Shown: positions 30,441 to 39,826 of the stretch, one piece after another
Position numbering within the stretch: position 1 is the first letter of the stretch
How the letters are laid out: every line of letters starts with the position of its first letter
IMG/VR virus record: IMGVR_UViG_3300021431_004509
Span: 53,149 to 117,148 of that record
Length of the DNA stretch: 64,000 nt
Direction: 5' to 3' (one strand)
Origin: a virus
Lineage: Duplodnaviria > Caudoviricetes
Position numbers and translations under genes: made by a program
Notes under the pieces: model-generated
Seen by the model: only the letters and a program-made list of their open reading frames with translations
The model's database searches: none
Told to the model about the DNA's origin: nothing

Positions 30441-31462
30441 TGACAATTGAACAGATCAAAGAGATGGTCGCAGGGGAACAGTATGATTTCCTCAGAACAA
30501 ATCCGCATCTCGGCGACAGGATCATTTTTCTGACACTCGGCGGCAGCTATGCCTATGGCACGAGTGTCGAGACATCCGATGTTGATGTCCGCGGCTGTGC
30601 CGTGAACAGTCCGAGTGACATCCTCGGTCTCTCCTCCTTCGAACAGGTCCTTGATAAAGCGACTGATACCACAATCTACGCTTTCAACAAGCTGATACCG
30701 CTGCTCCTCAACTGCAATCCAAATACGATTGAGCTTCTTGGCTGTAAGCCGGAGCATTATTTTTATCTCTCCGACCTCGGCAAACAGATGATCGAGAACC
30801 GGCATCTTTTCCTTTCACAGCGCGCTATTTCTTCCTTTGGCGGCTACGCAAACCAGCAGCTTCGGCGGTTGGAAAACGCCATCGCCCGTGACGCTCTGCC
30901 GCAGGCAAGGCGCGAGGAACACATCATGCAGTCGATGGAGAACTCCAAAGCGGCATTCGAGCGCAAGTACACGGCCTTCCCGGAGGGCAGTATCAAACTT
31001 TACACAGACGATAGCACACGCGATGATCTTGACCGCGAGGTTTTTGCCGACATTACGCTGCGTCATTTTCCCGCCAGGGAATTTCACAGTATGATCAATG
31101 ATATGACAAACATCATCGGCTGTTATGAAAAACTTAACGGCAGGAACAGGAAGAAGGACGAAGACCATCTCAACAAGCACGCCATGCACCTCGTCAGGCT
31201 CTATCTGATGTGCCTGGATATCCTTGAAAAAGAAGAAATCCGCACATACAGAGGAGAAGACCGCGATATCCTGCTGGATATCCGGCATGGGGAGTACCAG
31301 CGCGAGGACGGCACTTACATGGACGAGTTCTTCCAACTGGTAAATGAGCTTGAGCAGCGCCTACAGTACGCAAAGGAGAACACAAGCCTCCCAAAGGTGC
31401 CAGACTACAATGCGGTCGAGGAATTTGTCATGGAAGTTAACAGAAAGGCAATTGCTTTATGA
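30437..31462 (+). CDS. DNA polymerase beta superfamily nucleotidyltransferase
   Basis: GGSYAYGTSVETSDVDVRG (GS...DxD), NPNTIELL, KHAMHLVRL. Confidence 0.88.
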   Translation: MMTIEQIKEMVAGEQYDFLRTNPHLGDRIIFLTLGGSYAYGTSVETSDVDVRGCAVNSPSDILGLSSFEQVLDKATDTTIYAFNKLIPLLLNCNPNTIELLGCKPEHYFYLSDLGKQMIENRHLFLSQRAISSFGGYANQQLRRLENAIARDALPQARREEHIMQSMENSKAAFERKYTAFPEGSIKLYTDDSTRDDLDREVFADITLRHFPAREFHSMINDMTNIIGCYEKLNGRNRKKDEDHLNKHAMHLVRLYLMCLDILEKEEIRTYRGEDRDILLDIRHGEYQREDGTYMDEFFQLVNELEQRLQYAKENTSLPKVPDYNAVEEFVMEVNRKAIAL

Positions 31463-34429
31463 AAACTTTAAGCAAAGAGACCAGGCTGGAAGCAGCGGTA
31501 TCCAATATAGGCAAGTCTTACCAGGCGCATGTTCGTGTCGCACCGATTAAGCGTGACTACGGAGATCAGTATTATAAATACTCCTGCCCAATATGCGACT
31601 CTCTCGGCCTGAGATTCTCGCTTCCCAATGGCTCCGACAACTGTTTCTGTTGTGGCGTAAATCTTTATTGGGACGAATGAAAGGGAGCTTTTATCATGAA
31701 AGTTGGAGATTGCATCGGAGGTCTGTATAAAAAGACCCTCCAGGACGGAAGCGAAATATGGGAGCTTCTCGAAAGCAAAATCACAAAGATCGTACAAAAC
31801 AGCCGTGGTACGAAGGTTTACTCGAAAAGATTCTATCCAATCGATAGAGAGGAAATCGAAGATAACACCGAACTTATGGCGGATGCTGACGGCTGGATTC
31901 TTACGAGAGAAATGGTGCTTCTCACTCCTGAGATTCGCAGCAAGTGTGAACGCTGGATTCAGTGGGCAAATGAGAACCCAGATAAGGCTGTCGGGCTTAT
32001 CAGCGGTAAATGGAGGTAGGCTTTGATAATGAACGCTTTTGCCTATAACTTGCACGCTGAGCTGAATAACGACGGCTCCTATAGAGTCATGCTGTTTGAC
32101 GTTGGTGAAGATGAGTCACCGATAGAGACCATCATCGAAAGAGCTAAGATCACGATCGAATGCATGGGCGATGATGACCGCGTAAGCAACCGCCCGCTGC
32201 TTTTCATCGAGGAAGGAGAACGATTCTATGGCTGACATCTGCCCACTCGTCCCCGTTCCGCCGCATGGAGCATTGATTGACAGGACGAAACTTTGGGCGG
32301 AAATCAATAAGATTTGTGATCGTCGCGACGCAGGGATTATTTCTGATTTGACCTGCCTCCAGCAGATCTTGTCAGCCGTCAGACACGCTCCCACTATCAT
32401 CCCGGCGTCGGAGGTAAAAGAATGAGTGAATGGCTGATACGCTGCACGGATGATCTCAAATCTGGGGCTTACTATGCCAGCGTGGATATTCACGATGGCG
32501 AGCAACCAGTTATGATTCTTTTCAGGAAAGATGGTGAAAAGACTTTTGTCGTAGGGCAAGGGGAGCCGGTAAATCCGCACGGCAATCTGATAGACCGGAA
32601 GGAGCTTTACTTCAATATGTTTGTCGGACCAGACGGAAAGGTGTTTCCAAATAGGGACGTTGATAATTTCCCTCACGAAATGCGGTTCGAAGACATCAAG
32701 AGGTTTATCAGAAAAGCTCCTATTATTATCCCATCATCTGAATGAAAGTAGGCTTTTATCATGACTAATTTGGGAGGTGGACGAGTTCGATCCAGCAGGC
32801 GGATGGGATGATGACTGGCCTCGTGAAAGCGAGTACGACAGAATCCGAAGGCGTATTGAAGAAACGTGGCCCGATTGGAAAATCGATGTTGCCAACGAAT
32901 ATATTGAGTCTGTTCACGGTATAAAACTTCGCAAAGGTATGCAGAAGAGCAGGATGGGAGAAGGAGCAGAATGAAAGGATGTTTTGATTATGCTTGACGA
33001 CTTGGTAGAGATACTTCGGAACTGCGCCGGCAATCCGGCTCCGTGTGCGGAGTGTCCTATGCACGATGATGATGCCTGCACGGATGACCTCTTGTACCAA
33101 GCAGCCAACGCTGTAGAGAAGCTTCGGTCTGAGATAGAGAAATATCGGCATGCCGCGTTTGTGATCGGTGAGACCTGCGTGGACGCTGACAAGTGTCACA
33201 TTGCACCGGAAGCTGCGCTGCAAAAGATCCGCGAAAACATCTACTATACAAGGCACGAATGTAAAGGGGAGAGTGCCTGATGTGGTGGAAAACGAAGTGC
33301 TGCTACTGCGGCAGGCCGATCCGGGTCGAGATCCCGCTCATCCTTGTGCTGCGCAACCGAGATCATCTGCAAGGAAACGCCTGTCTCCATTGCGTTCCGG
33401 CGGCCAGCATCCTTCGCAACGGAATCGACGAGAGTGCCTGGAACACAGAGGAATACAAAGGAGTGTCAAACATGACGGGGAAATGTGCCGTCTGCGGCAA
33501 GCAGACAGAAGTCTACGTCGCAAGCTCTTCAATTGGTGCTGTGACGTACGCTTACTGCGAGGACTGTCTTCGTGCTGGTGCCGAGCCGTGGAGCGATCTG
33601 GTTTTTAATTGCGCGATCTGCGGACCGTACCCGGAATCCGTAAACACACAGTTCAGAGAGACCGTCCGCAACACCTGCAGACATCTCGGGAAAACGGAAG
33701 AAGAGTTTCAGGCGGATGTCAACGAAGCGATCCTCGATTGGGATGATCATATGGAGCTGTTTGAGCAGTATGACGCTGAGAATCCGGAAGAACTTCCGTT
33801 CTGAAAAGGAGAAACATGAACTACATTATCAAATTCATGGACGATCACGGCCTTGTGCGCGGTACGCCGTTCAAGATCGACATATCAAAGCGGCTCTGGT
33901 TCTGCTTCAACGAGGATTACGAGTTGGAGCTGGTCGTCCCTGACGAATATTTGGATATGTGCATGGACTACAAGGGTATTCTGCTCGGACTTCTTTACGG
34001 GAATTACACAATCACCGAGATCGCCGGACAGTAAAAGAGGAATTTCATCCAGAGAAAGGGGGTGCTGATATGATCGATGTCGATGGCATCAGGTCGTTTA
34101 TCGCCGATAAAAACGTCATACAGTGCAGGGATTATGACCAGCGCAGCATCGTGCTTGGTATTCTGCGGGAGTGCGGGCTGGAAATAGGGTTTGACGAATC
34201 GGACTACCCGAACCATTTTTACGTCTCCTGCGGCATGTTTCATATGAATCAAATCCATTGTGGCAATCGTGAACCTATTTGGCGAGATAGCCCGATCATC
34301 AGCGGGGAGGAATTTCTGCAGACCTTCTGCGGCTGGAAGCCGGAGAGTCGCGACCGGGATTTCGCACCACCCACCATGGCGGAAATCGATTCGCTTTATC
34401 GCATTGAGCGCAAACATCTGATGCTGTAA
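31459..34429 (+). other. Run of about 10 short hypothetical ORFs (31459-31680, 31696-32019, 32228-32425, 32422-32745, 32777-32974, 32984-33280, 33280-33804, 33816-34034, 34070-34429)
   Basis: Closely packed co-oriented ORFs, several Cys-rich. Confidence 0.65.
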
Positions 34430-34446
34430 AAGAATAACTCAAAAAG

Positions 34447-34634
34447 GCTCATAATGAAAATTGATTCGCAGGAATCCCTCCTCGCTGTCAGTGGGAGGAC
34501 CGCATGGGGTAAAAGCAGAGAAAGTTATAAAATGTTCTCGCGAACATTTTATAACTTGCAAAAAGCGAGGGCTCTTGGCATTGCGACAGCATTCGCAGTC
34601 AACGCCAGGAATGCCGCCGCAATGGATTATGAGC
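34447..34634 (+). ncRNA. Retron-like msr/msd ncRNA 4 (short form)
   Basis: GCTCATAAT/ATTATGAGC, unpaired G34456, hairpin GATTC/GAATC, hairpin CCTCCTCGCT-GTC-AGTGGGAGG, perfect 16-bp hairpin 34522-34557. Confidence 0.78.
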
Positions 34635-34662
34635 GAAAAAATACTGAAAGAAAGGAGTCACA

Positions 34663-35028
34663 ATGAGTAGTCTTGATGTTTCCGGTTGGAATGTCGGCGA
34701 TAGCGTCCGTTTGACGGAGTACGGGTTTAGGCATATCGAATCAAATGCCAAGCCTGTGTTTAATGATTTGCCGACCGGTGTGATCGTAGAAATTAACGAG
34801 GACTACTTCCCGCCGATCGGTGTGTCCTGGGACGTGATGCCTGGCAAACCACTCCATGACTGTAAGGGACGCTGTGTAGATGGTACCGGGTGGTATGTGT
34901 GCCCGGATATGATTGAGAAGTTCGCGGCTTGCTTTGAAGACGCGGATTTTGAACCGCCCCAGCCGATGGCAGAGGCGGATTTTTTACGCCTTGCTTACGA
35001 CTGCGCGGCAGGCCGGAGCACGACCTAA
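34663..35028 (+). CDS. SH3/CAP-Gly-like small protein following ncRNA 4, paralog of 24238
   Basis: VGDSVRL...TGVIVE...VSWD...LHDCKGRC..GTGWYV; AAAGGAG RBS. Confidence 0.75.
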   Translation: MSSLDVSGWNVGDSVRLTEYGFRHIESNAKPVFNDLPTGVIVEINEDYFPPIGVSWDVMPGKPLHDCKGRCVDGTGWYVCPDMIEKFAACFEDADFEPPQPMAEADFLRLAYDCAAGRSTT

Positions 35029-35259
35029 ACAATTTGAAAAGGAGAAATAACCCAAATGGATGGACGCAAGTACACTGTGGAATTTATCGTGGAAGTGGAA
35101 GCCGAGAGCGAGACTGAGGCGATCGAAATCGCCAAGGACGGCGTGATCTGTGATAACGCCGACGTATATGTGAACGACGCTACCGTACTGGCGAGTCTGT
35201 ATATCAGACCATCGATGTAGTACACGGCGGTTTTTGATTCTGCCGAAAGGGGGAGAGCC

Positions 35260-36075
35260 ATGGGCGAAATCGTAGACATCACCGGCGCTCCGGTCTATCA
35301 GACCATTGACGCAAAGGTACTCAGGAAGCAGAACACCAAGCTCCAGGCCGGGCTGATCGCACCGGCTAAGGAGCGCGTGGAAACAGAGCTCGCCCCGGAG
35401 CACACGTCCGAGCCGATCAAGGACATGGATGACATCATGCGGATCTCGGAGTACCTGATCCAGCGCAAGCGGTACCGGGACAACATGCTCTTTATCGTCG
35501 GCATCAACTTCGGCCTGCGGGTTTCCGACCTTGTGCAGCTCCGCTTTTCCAATCTCATCAACGACAACCTCACTTTCAAGGACAGCTTCCCGGTTTTTGA
35601 AAAGAAGACCAGGAACACCAGGAAGCAGAAGCGAAACCGCTACATCACCATCAACACCGCCGTGATCGAGGCGGTAACGCTGTATCTGGAAAACACGCCC
35701 GGCGTCAGCCTCTCGGACTACATGTTCCGCAGTGAGTCCAACAGAGGCGGGGATTTGAACAATCCCATGCACAGGAATTCTGTCGACAGAATCCTCAAGG
35801 GGATCGCGGACGATCTGGATCTCAACATCCACGTCTCCACGCACACCCTGCGCAAGACCTTCGCGTATCACCAGATGGTCATGTCCAACAACGATCCGCG
35901 CAAACTGCTGCTCCTGTCGAAGATGATGGGGCACTCCTCCGTGGCGATCACGATGGATTACATTGGCATCACCGGCGAGGAGATCGAGGAAGCGTACCGC
36001 TCTCTCAACCTCGGCAGCGCAGCGCATAACTATCTCAATTCAAACATCGGCGAGCGGGAAATCCTCGCCGTGTAA
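35260..36075 (+). CDS. Tyrosine recombinase (mainly catalytic domain)
   Basis: GLRVSDL, HTLRKTF, MMGHSS, TMDYIG: complete R-H-x-x-R-H-Y set. Confidence 0.9.
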   Translation: MGEIVDITGAPVYQTIDAKVLRKQNTKLQAGLIAPAKERVETELAPEHTSEPIKDMDDIMRISEYLIQRKRYRDNMLFIVGINFGLRVSDLVQLRFSNLINDNLTFKDSFPVFEKKTRNTRKQKRNRYITINTAVIEAVTLYLENTPGVSLSDYMFRSESNRGGDLNNPMHRNSVDRILKGIADDLDLNIHVSTHTLRKTFAYHQMVMSNNDPRKLLLLSKMMGHSSVAITMDYIGITGEEIEEAYRSLNLGSAAHNYLNSNIGEREILAV

Positions 36076-36090
36076 AAAGGAGGAACACAT

Positions 36091-38310
36091 TTGAGAACAC
36101 TTCTTCTCCTTCGCGGCGCCCCGGGATGCGGGAAATCCACCTGGATTCGGGAGCACGGCCTGGAGGACTACGCGCTTTCCGCAGACAAGATCCGCATGAT
36201 GTGCGCCGGGCCTAAGCTGATGCCGGATGGAACCGTCGCCATTGATGCGACCAATGACACCGTCGTCTGGAAAACGCTGTTTCAGCTTCTGGAAATCCGG
36301 ATGCAGAACGGCGAGTTCACTGTCATCGACGCCACCAATTCCAAGGCTTCCGACATCAACAAATACAAGGATCTCTGCGATTCTTACAAGTACCGTATCT
36401 ACTGCGTCGACATGACGGATCTTCCCATCGAGACCTGTAAGGAGCGCAACCGCTCCAGACCGGAACTGCAGCAGGTTCCCGACGAGGCGATCGACAAGAT
36501 GTACGCCCGGTTCGAGACACAGAAGATCCCCTCCGGCGTCACGGTGATCGGACCTGACGAGCTGGACAGGATCTGGATGAAGCGCATCGACCTCTCCGAA
36601 TACAAGGCCGTCCACCACATCGGGGACATCCACGGCAGCTATACGGCGCTGATGGAGTATTTCAAGGACGGGCTCAAGGACGACGAGTGCTACATCTTCC
36701 TCGGCGATTACCTCGACCGAGGCATCGAAAACGCAGACGTCCTGAAATTCCTGCTGGAAATCTACGAGAAGCCGAACGTGTTCCTTTTGGAGGGGAACCA
36801 TGAGCGTTGGCTTTGGGTGTACGGAAACGGCGGCACCACCAAGTCCAAGGAATTTGAGTTCTTCACCAGGCCGGAGCTGGACGATGCCGGGATCGACAAG
36901 AAAGCGGTGCGGAAATTCTATCGCCGCATCGGGCAGTGCGCCTGGTATACCTACCACGGCAGGGAAGTTTTTGTCTGCCACGGCGGGCTTTCCGCCATGC
37001 CGTCGAACCCGACGCTTGTCTCCACGCAACAGTTGATCAAGGGCGTCGGCAACTACAAAGACCACAACACGATCGCAAAGAGCTTTGACGAGCGTGCCGC
37101 CGAGAATCTCATCCAGATCCACGCTCACCGGAATGTCAGCAGCTGCCCCATCAAGGAGAGCGAGCACTGCTATAACCTGGAGGGACATGTGGAATTCGGC
37201 GGGTTCCTCCGCTGCCTGAAGCTCACGCCTGACGGCGTCGAGGAATTTGAGATCAAGAATACCGTCTTCCGCAAGGAAAACATCATCAACTACCAGCCGA
37301 AGACCCAGGATGAACATACGAAAACTTCCATCGGCGATCTGATCATGCGGCTTCGCAATAACCGCTACGTCCAGGAAAAGCGCTTCGGGGATATCTCTTC
37401 CTTCAACTTCACCAAGGCTGCCTTCTACGACAAGGTCTGGGACGAGCAGACCATGAAAGCCCGCGGGCTTTACATCGACATCCCCCATCAGAAGATCGTC
37501 GCCAGGGCGTACGACAAGTTCTTCAACATCAACGAACGTCCTGAGACCAAGCTGGACATGCTGCCGTACAAGCTGACCTTCCCGGCCAGAGCTTACCGGA
37601 AGGAGAACGGCTTCCTCGGCATCGTCTCCTACCTCCAGGCAACGGATGACTTCTTCATCACCACCAAGTCCACACCGGACGGGGATTTTGCCCAGTGGTT
37701 CCGGGCTTTGTTTGAGACGCAGATCCGCCCGATCGACAGGGAATATCTCAAGCTCTTCCTGCGGGAACACGATGTCTCCGCCGTCTTCGAGTGTGTGGAT
37801 ATGGTTCACGACCCACACGTGATCGAGTACCCGGACAGCCGGATCTACCTGCTTGACCTGGTGGAAAACAAGATCCCGTTCTCCAAGCTCTCCTACGACG
37901 AGGTGCAGAACCTCGCAAGTACGCTCAAGATCCGGGCAAAGAAACTGGAGTACGGCTTTGCCGACTGGCAGGAATTCTTCGACTGGTACAACACCGTTAC
38001 CATGGACAGCAACAACGACCACATCGAGGGTTATGTGGTCGAGGGCGCCAACGGGTATATGGTCAAGGTGAAGCTCCCGTACTACAACTTCTGGAAGCAC
38101 ATGCGCTCCGTTGCCCACTCAGTCATCAAGTCCGGCGGGATTCGCAAGGATCACGCGGCCTCCTTGACAACGCCTCTGGCAAATCACTTCGTTGCCTGGG
38201 CAAAGACGCTGCACGATTCCCCGGATGTCGACAGCCTCCCGAAGGATATCTGCAATCTCAGACAGATGTTCTTCCAGTCTGACGAGGGAAAACCTTTCGC
38301 AGACTCGTAA
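36091..38310 (+). CDS. Polynucleotide kinase / metallophosphoesterase / RNA ligase fusion (RNA repair)
   Basis: GAPGCGKST kinase; GDIHG, GDYLDRG and GNHE phosphoesterase; KFFN, KENG and EGYV ligase motifs. Confidence 0.88.
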   Translation: MRTLLLLRGAPGCGKSTWIREHGLEDYALSADKIRMMCAGPKLMPDGTVAIDATNDTVVWKTLFQLLEIRMQNGEFTVIDATNSKASDINKYKDLCDSYKYRIYCVDMTDLPIETCKERNRSRPELQQVPDEAIDKMYARFETQKIPSGVTVIGPDELDRIWMKRIDLSEYKAVHHIGDIHGSYTALMEYFKDGLKDDECYIFLGDYLDRGIENADVLKFLLEIYEKPNVFLLEGNHERWLWVYGNGGTTKSKEFEFFTRPELDDAGIDKKAVRKFYRRIGQCAWYTYHGREVFVCHGGLSAMPSNPTLVSTQQLIKGVGNYKDHNTIAKSFDERAAENLIQIHAHRNVSSCPIKESEHCYNLEGHVEFGGFLRCLKLTPDGVEEFEIKNTVFRKENIINYQPKTQDEHTKTSIGDLIMRLRNNRYVQEKRFGDISSFNFTKAAFYDKVWDEQTMKARGLYIDIPHQKIVARAYDKFFNINERPETKLDMLPYKLTFPARAYRKENGFLGIVSYLQATDDFFITTKSTPDGDFAQWFRALFETQIRPIDREYLKLFLREHDVSAVFECVDMVHDPHVIEYPDSRIYLLDLVENKIPFSKLSYDEVQNLASTLKIRAKKLEYGFADWQEFFDWYNTVTMDSNNDHIEGYVVEGANGYMVKVKLPYYNFWKHMRSVAHSVIKSGGIRKDHAASLTTPLANHFVAWAKTLHDSPDVDSLPKDICNLRQMFFQSDEGKPFADS

Positions 38311-38424
38311 TCTTGGCGTGTAACCTGCGGTAGACAAGATAAATATACTGTCCGTCTTTACTTATATCGTAGGTTCGCAATACACACCGGCAATTTTTCA
38401 CTCTTTTGCCGGTGTGTATCTTAT

Positions 38425-38510
38425 GCCGGTGTGTTGGAACAGGCAGACAAGGCGGCCTCAAAATCCGCTGGGCTCAGCCCTTCCGGGTTCAAGTCCCGGC
38501 ACCGGCACCA
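38425..38510 (+). tRNA. tRNA-Leu(CAA)
   Basis: Loop CTCAAAA, long variable arm, ACCA end. Confidence 0.88.
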
Positions 38511-38595
38511 GCCAGCGTGGTGGAATTGGTATACATGTCCGACTTAAAATCGGGCGCCTTTCGGATTGAGGGTTCAAGTCCCTCCGCTGGCACCA
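38511..38595 (+). tRNA. tRNA-Leu(TAA)
   Basis: CCGA-CTTAAAA-TCGG, ACCA end. Confidence 0.9.
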
Positions 38596-38596
38596 T

Positions 38597-38672
38597 GTGC
38601 CCTTAGCTCAGTTGGCAGAGCACCGGATTTTTAATCCGGATGTCGCGGGTTCAACTCCAGCAGGGCGCACCA
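38597..38672 (+). tRNA. tRNA-Lys(TTT)
   Basis: CCGGA-TTTTTAA-TCCGG, ACCA end. Confidence 0.9.
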
Positions 38673-38718
38673 TCACAATTATTGAACCTTGAAAATTACA
38701 TAAAGGAGTTGAGACCAG

Positions 38719-39321
38719 ATGGGTAAGGTCAAGTTCTCTCCCGGGAATTCCAAGATGGGCAGCATCCCAAGCGTGTCCCTTCCGGCAAAAAAGACCTGCC
38801 GGGAATGTGCCTGCTGGAACAAGTGCTATGCGGCAAAGCTGGAACGTCTGCGTCCCGCCGTGCGCAACGCGTACCAGAACAATCTGGACGTTCTCCTGCA
38901 GGATGAGGAAAGCTACTGGCGTGAGGTAGAAGCACAGATCATGCTCTCCCGCTTTTTCAGATTCCATGTGTCCGGCGACATCACAAGCGCCGCGTACCTG
39001 GAACACATGTGTGCCGTCGCTGCGCGGAATCCGCACTGCCAGATCCTCTGCTTCACCAAGAAGTACGAGCTCGTCAACCGCTGTGTGGGGAACGGGCTTT
39101 CTATCCCGGAGAACCTCCATCTGATCTTCAGCGGCTGGCCTGGTCTGGAAATGGACAACCCCCATTCTTTCCCGGAAGCGCATGTCCTGTTTCGCGACGG
39201 TACTACGACGGCAAGAGAAGATGCCATTCCGTGCGGCGGAAACTGCACGGAATGTGCTGTCACGGACAGCGGCTGCTGGACGTTGAAATATGGGGAACAG
39301 ATCGTGTTTAAGGAGCACTGA
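38719..39321 (+). CDS. Gp88-like (radical-SAM-related) protein
   Basis: GNSKMG..SLP..TC..C.C..KCYA, FRFHVSGD, FTK, C-terminal CxxC. Confidence 0.7.
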   Translation: MGKVKFSPGNSKMGSIPSVSLPAKKTCRECACWNKCYAAKLERLRPAVRNAYQNNLDVLLQDEESYWREVEAQIMLSRFFRFHVSGDITSAAYLEHMCAVAARNPHCQILCFTKKYELVNRCVGNGLSIPENLHLIFSGWPGLEMDNPHSFPEAHVLFRDGTTTAREDAIPCGGNCTECAVTDSGCWTLKYGEQIVFKEH

Positions 39322-39322
39322 G

Positions 39323-39811
39323 ATGGACAAGGAATACGAAGAGAGTGTACAGGATTTTCTGGGGCAGTTCCCGGAGCCAGATATGGAACCGGAGGACAGG
39401 GCCCCTCCGCCAGAGAAACAGCGCCCGAAAAACAAAGACGGTGTTCCGATCCCTCCTGGATCTTTACACTTTGATATCCCTAACGATGGGTATTTGCAGG
39501 ACGCACGGATTTACGATATGCGCGCCGACCAGGGTGAAATTGTATGGAACCCTCGTCCATTTGATGATGGTTTTTCAGTCACGCTCGACGGCTCGGCAGT
39601 CAATGAAGACCTGTTGAACGATATCATCTGGGGAAGGGGTATTTCCGTAACGGGTCCCATAACAGCGACGATAACAAACGCAGGCCCGATCGGCGTAACT
39701 GGTACGACAGCAAATACCGGGTATACGTTGTCTGACATCACCGACGCGATAACCCGTGTTACTCAGCGCTTTAATCAGCAATACACAACAACCAACTTTA
39801 ACACACCGTAG
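39323..39811 (+). CDS. Hypothetical protein
   Basis: AAGGAG RBS before MDKEYEE. Confidence 0.6.
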   Translation: MDKEYEESVQDFLGQFPEPDMEPEDRAPPPEKQRPKNKDGVPIPPGSLHFDIPNDGYLQDARIYDMRADQGEIVWNPRPFDDGFSVTLDGSAVNEDLLNDIIWGRGISVTGPITATITNAGPIGVTGTTANTGYTLSDITDAITRVTQRFNQQYTTTNFNTP

Positions 39812-39826
39812 AAAGGATGATGCCAC

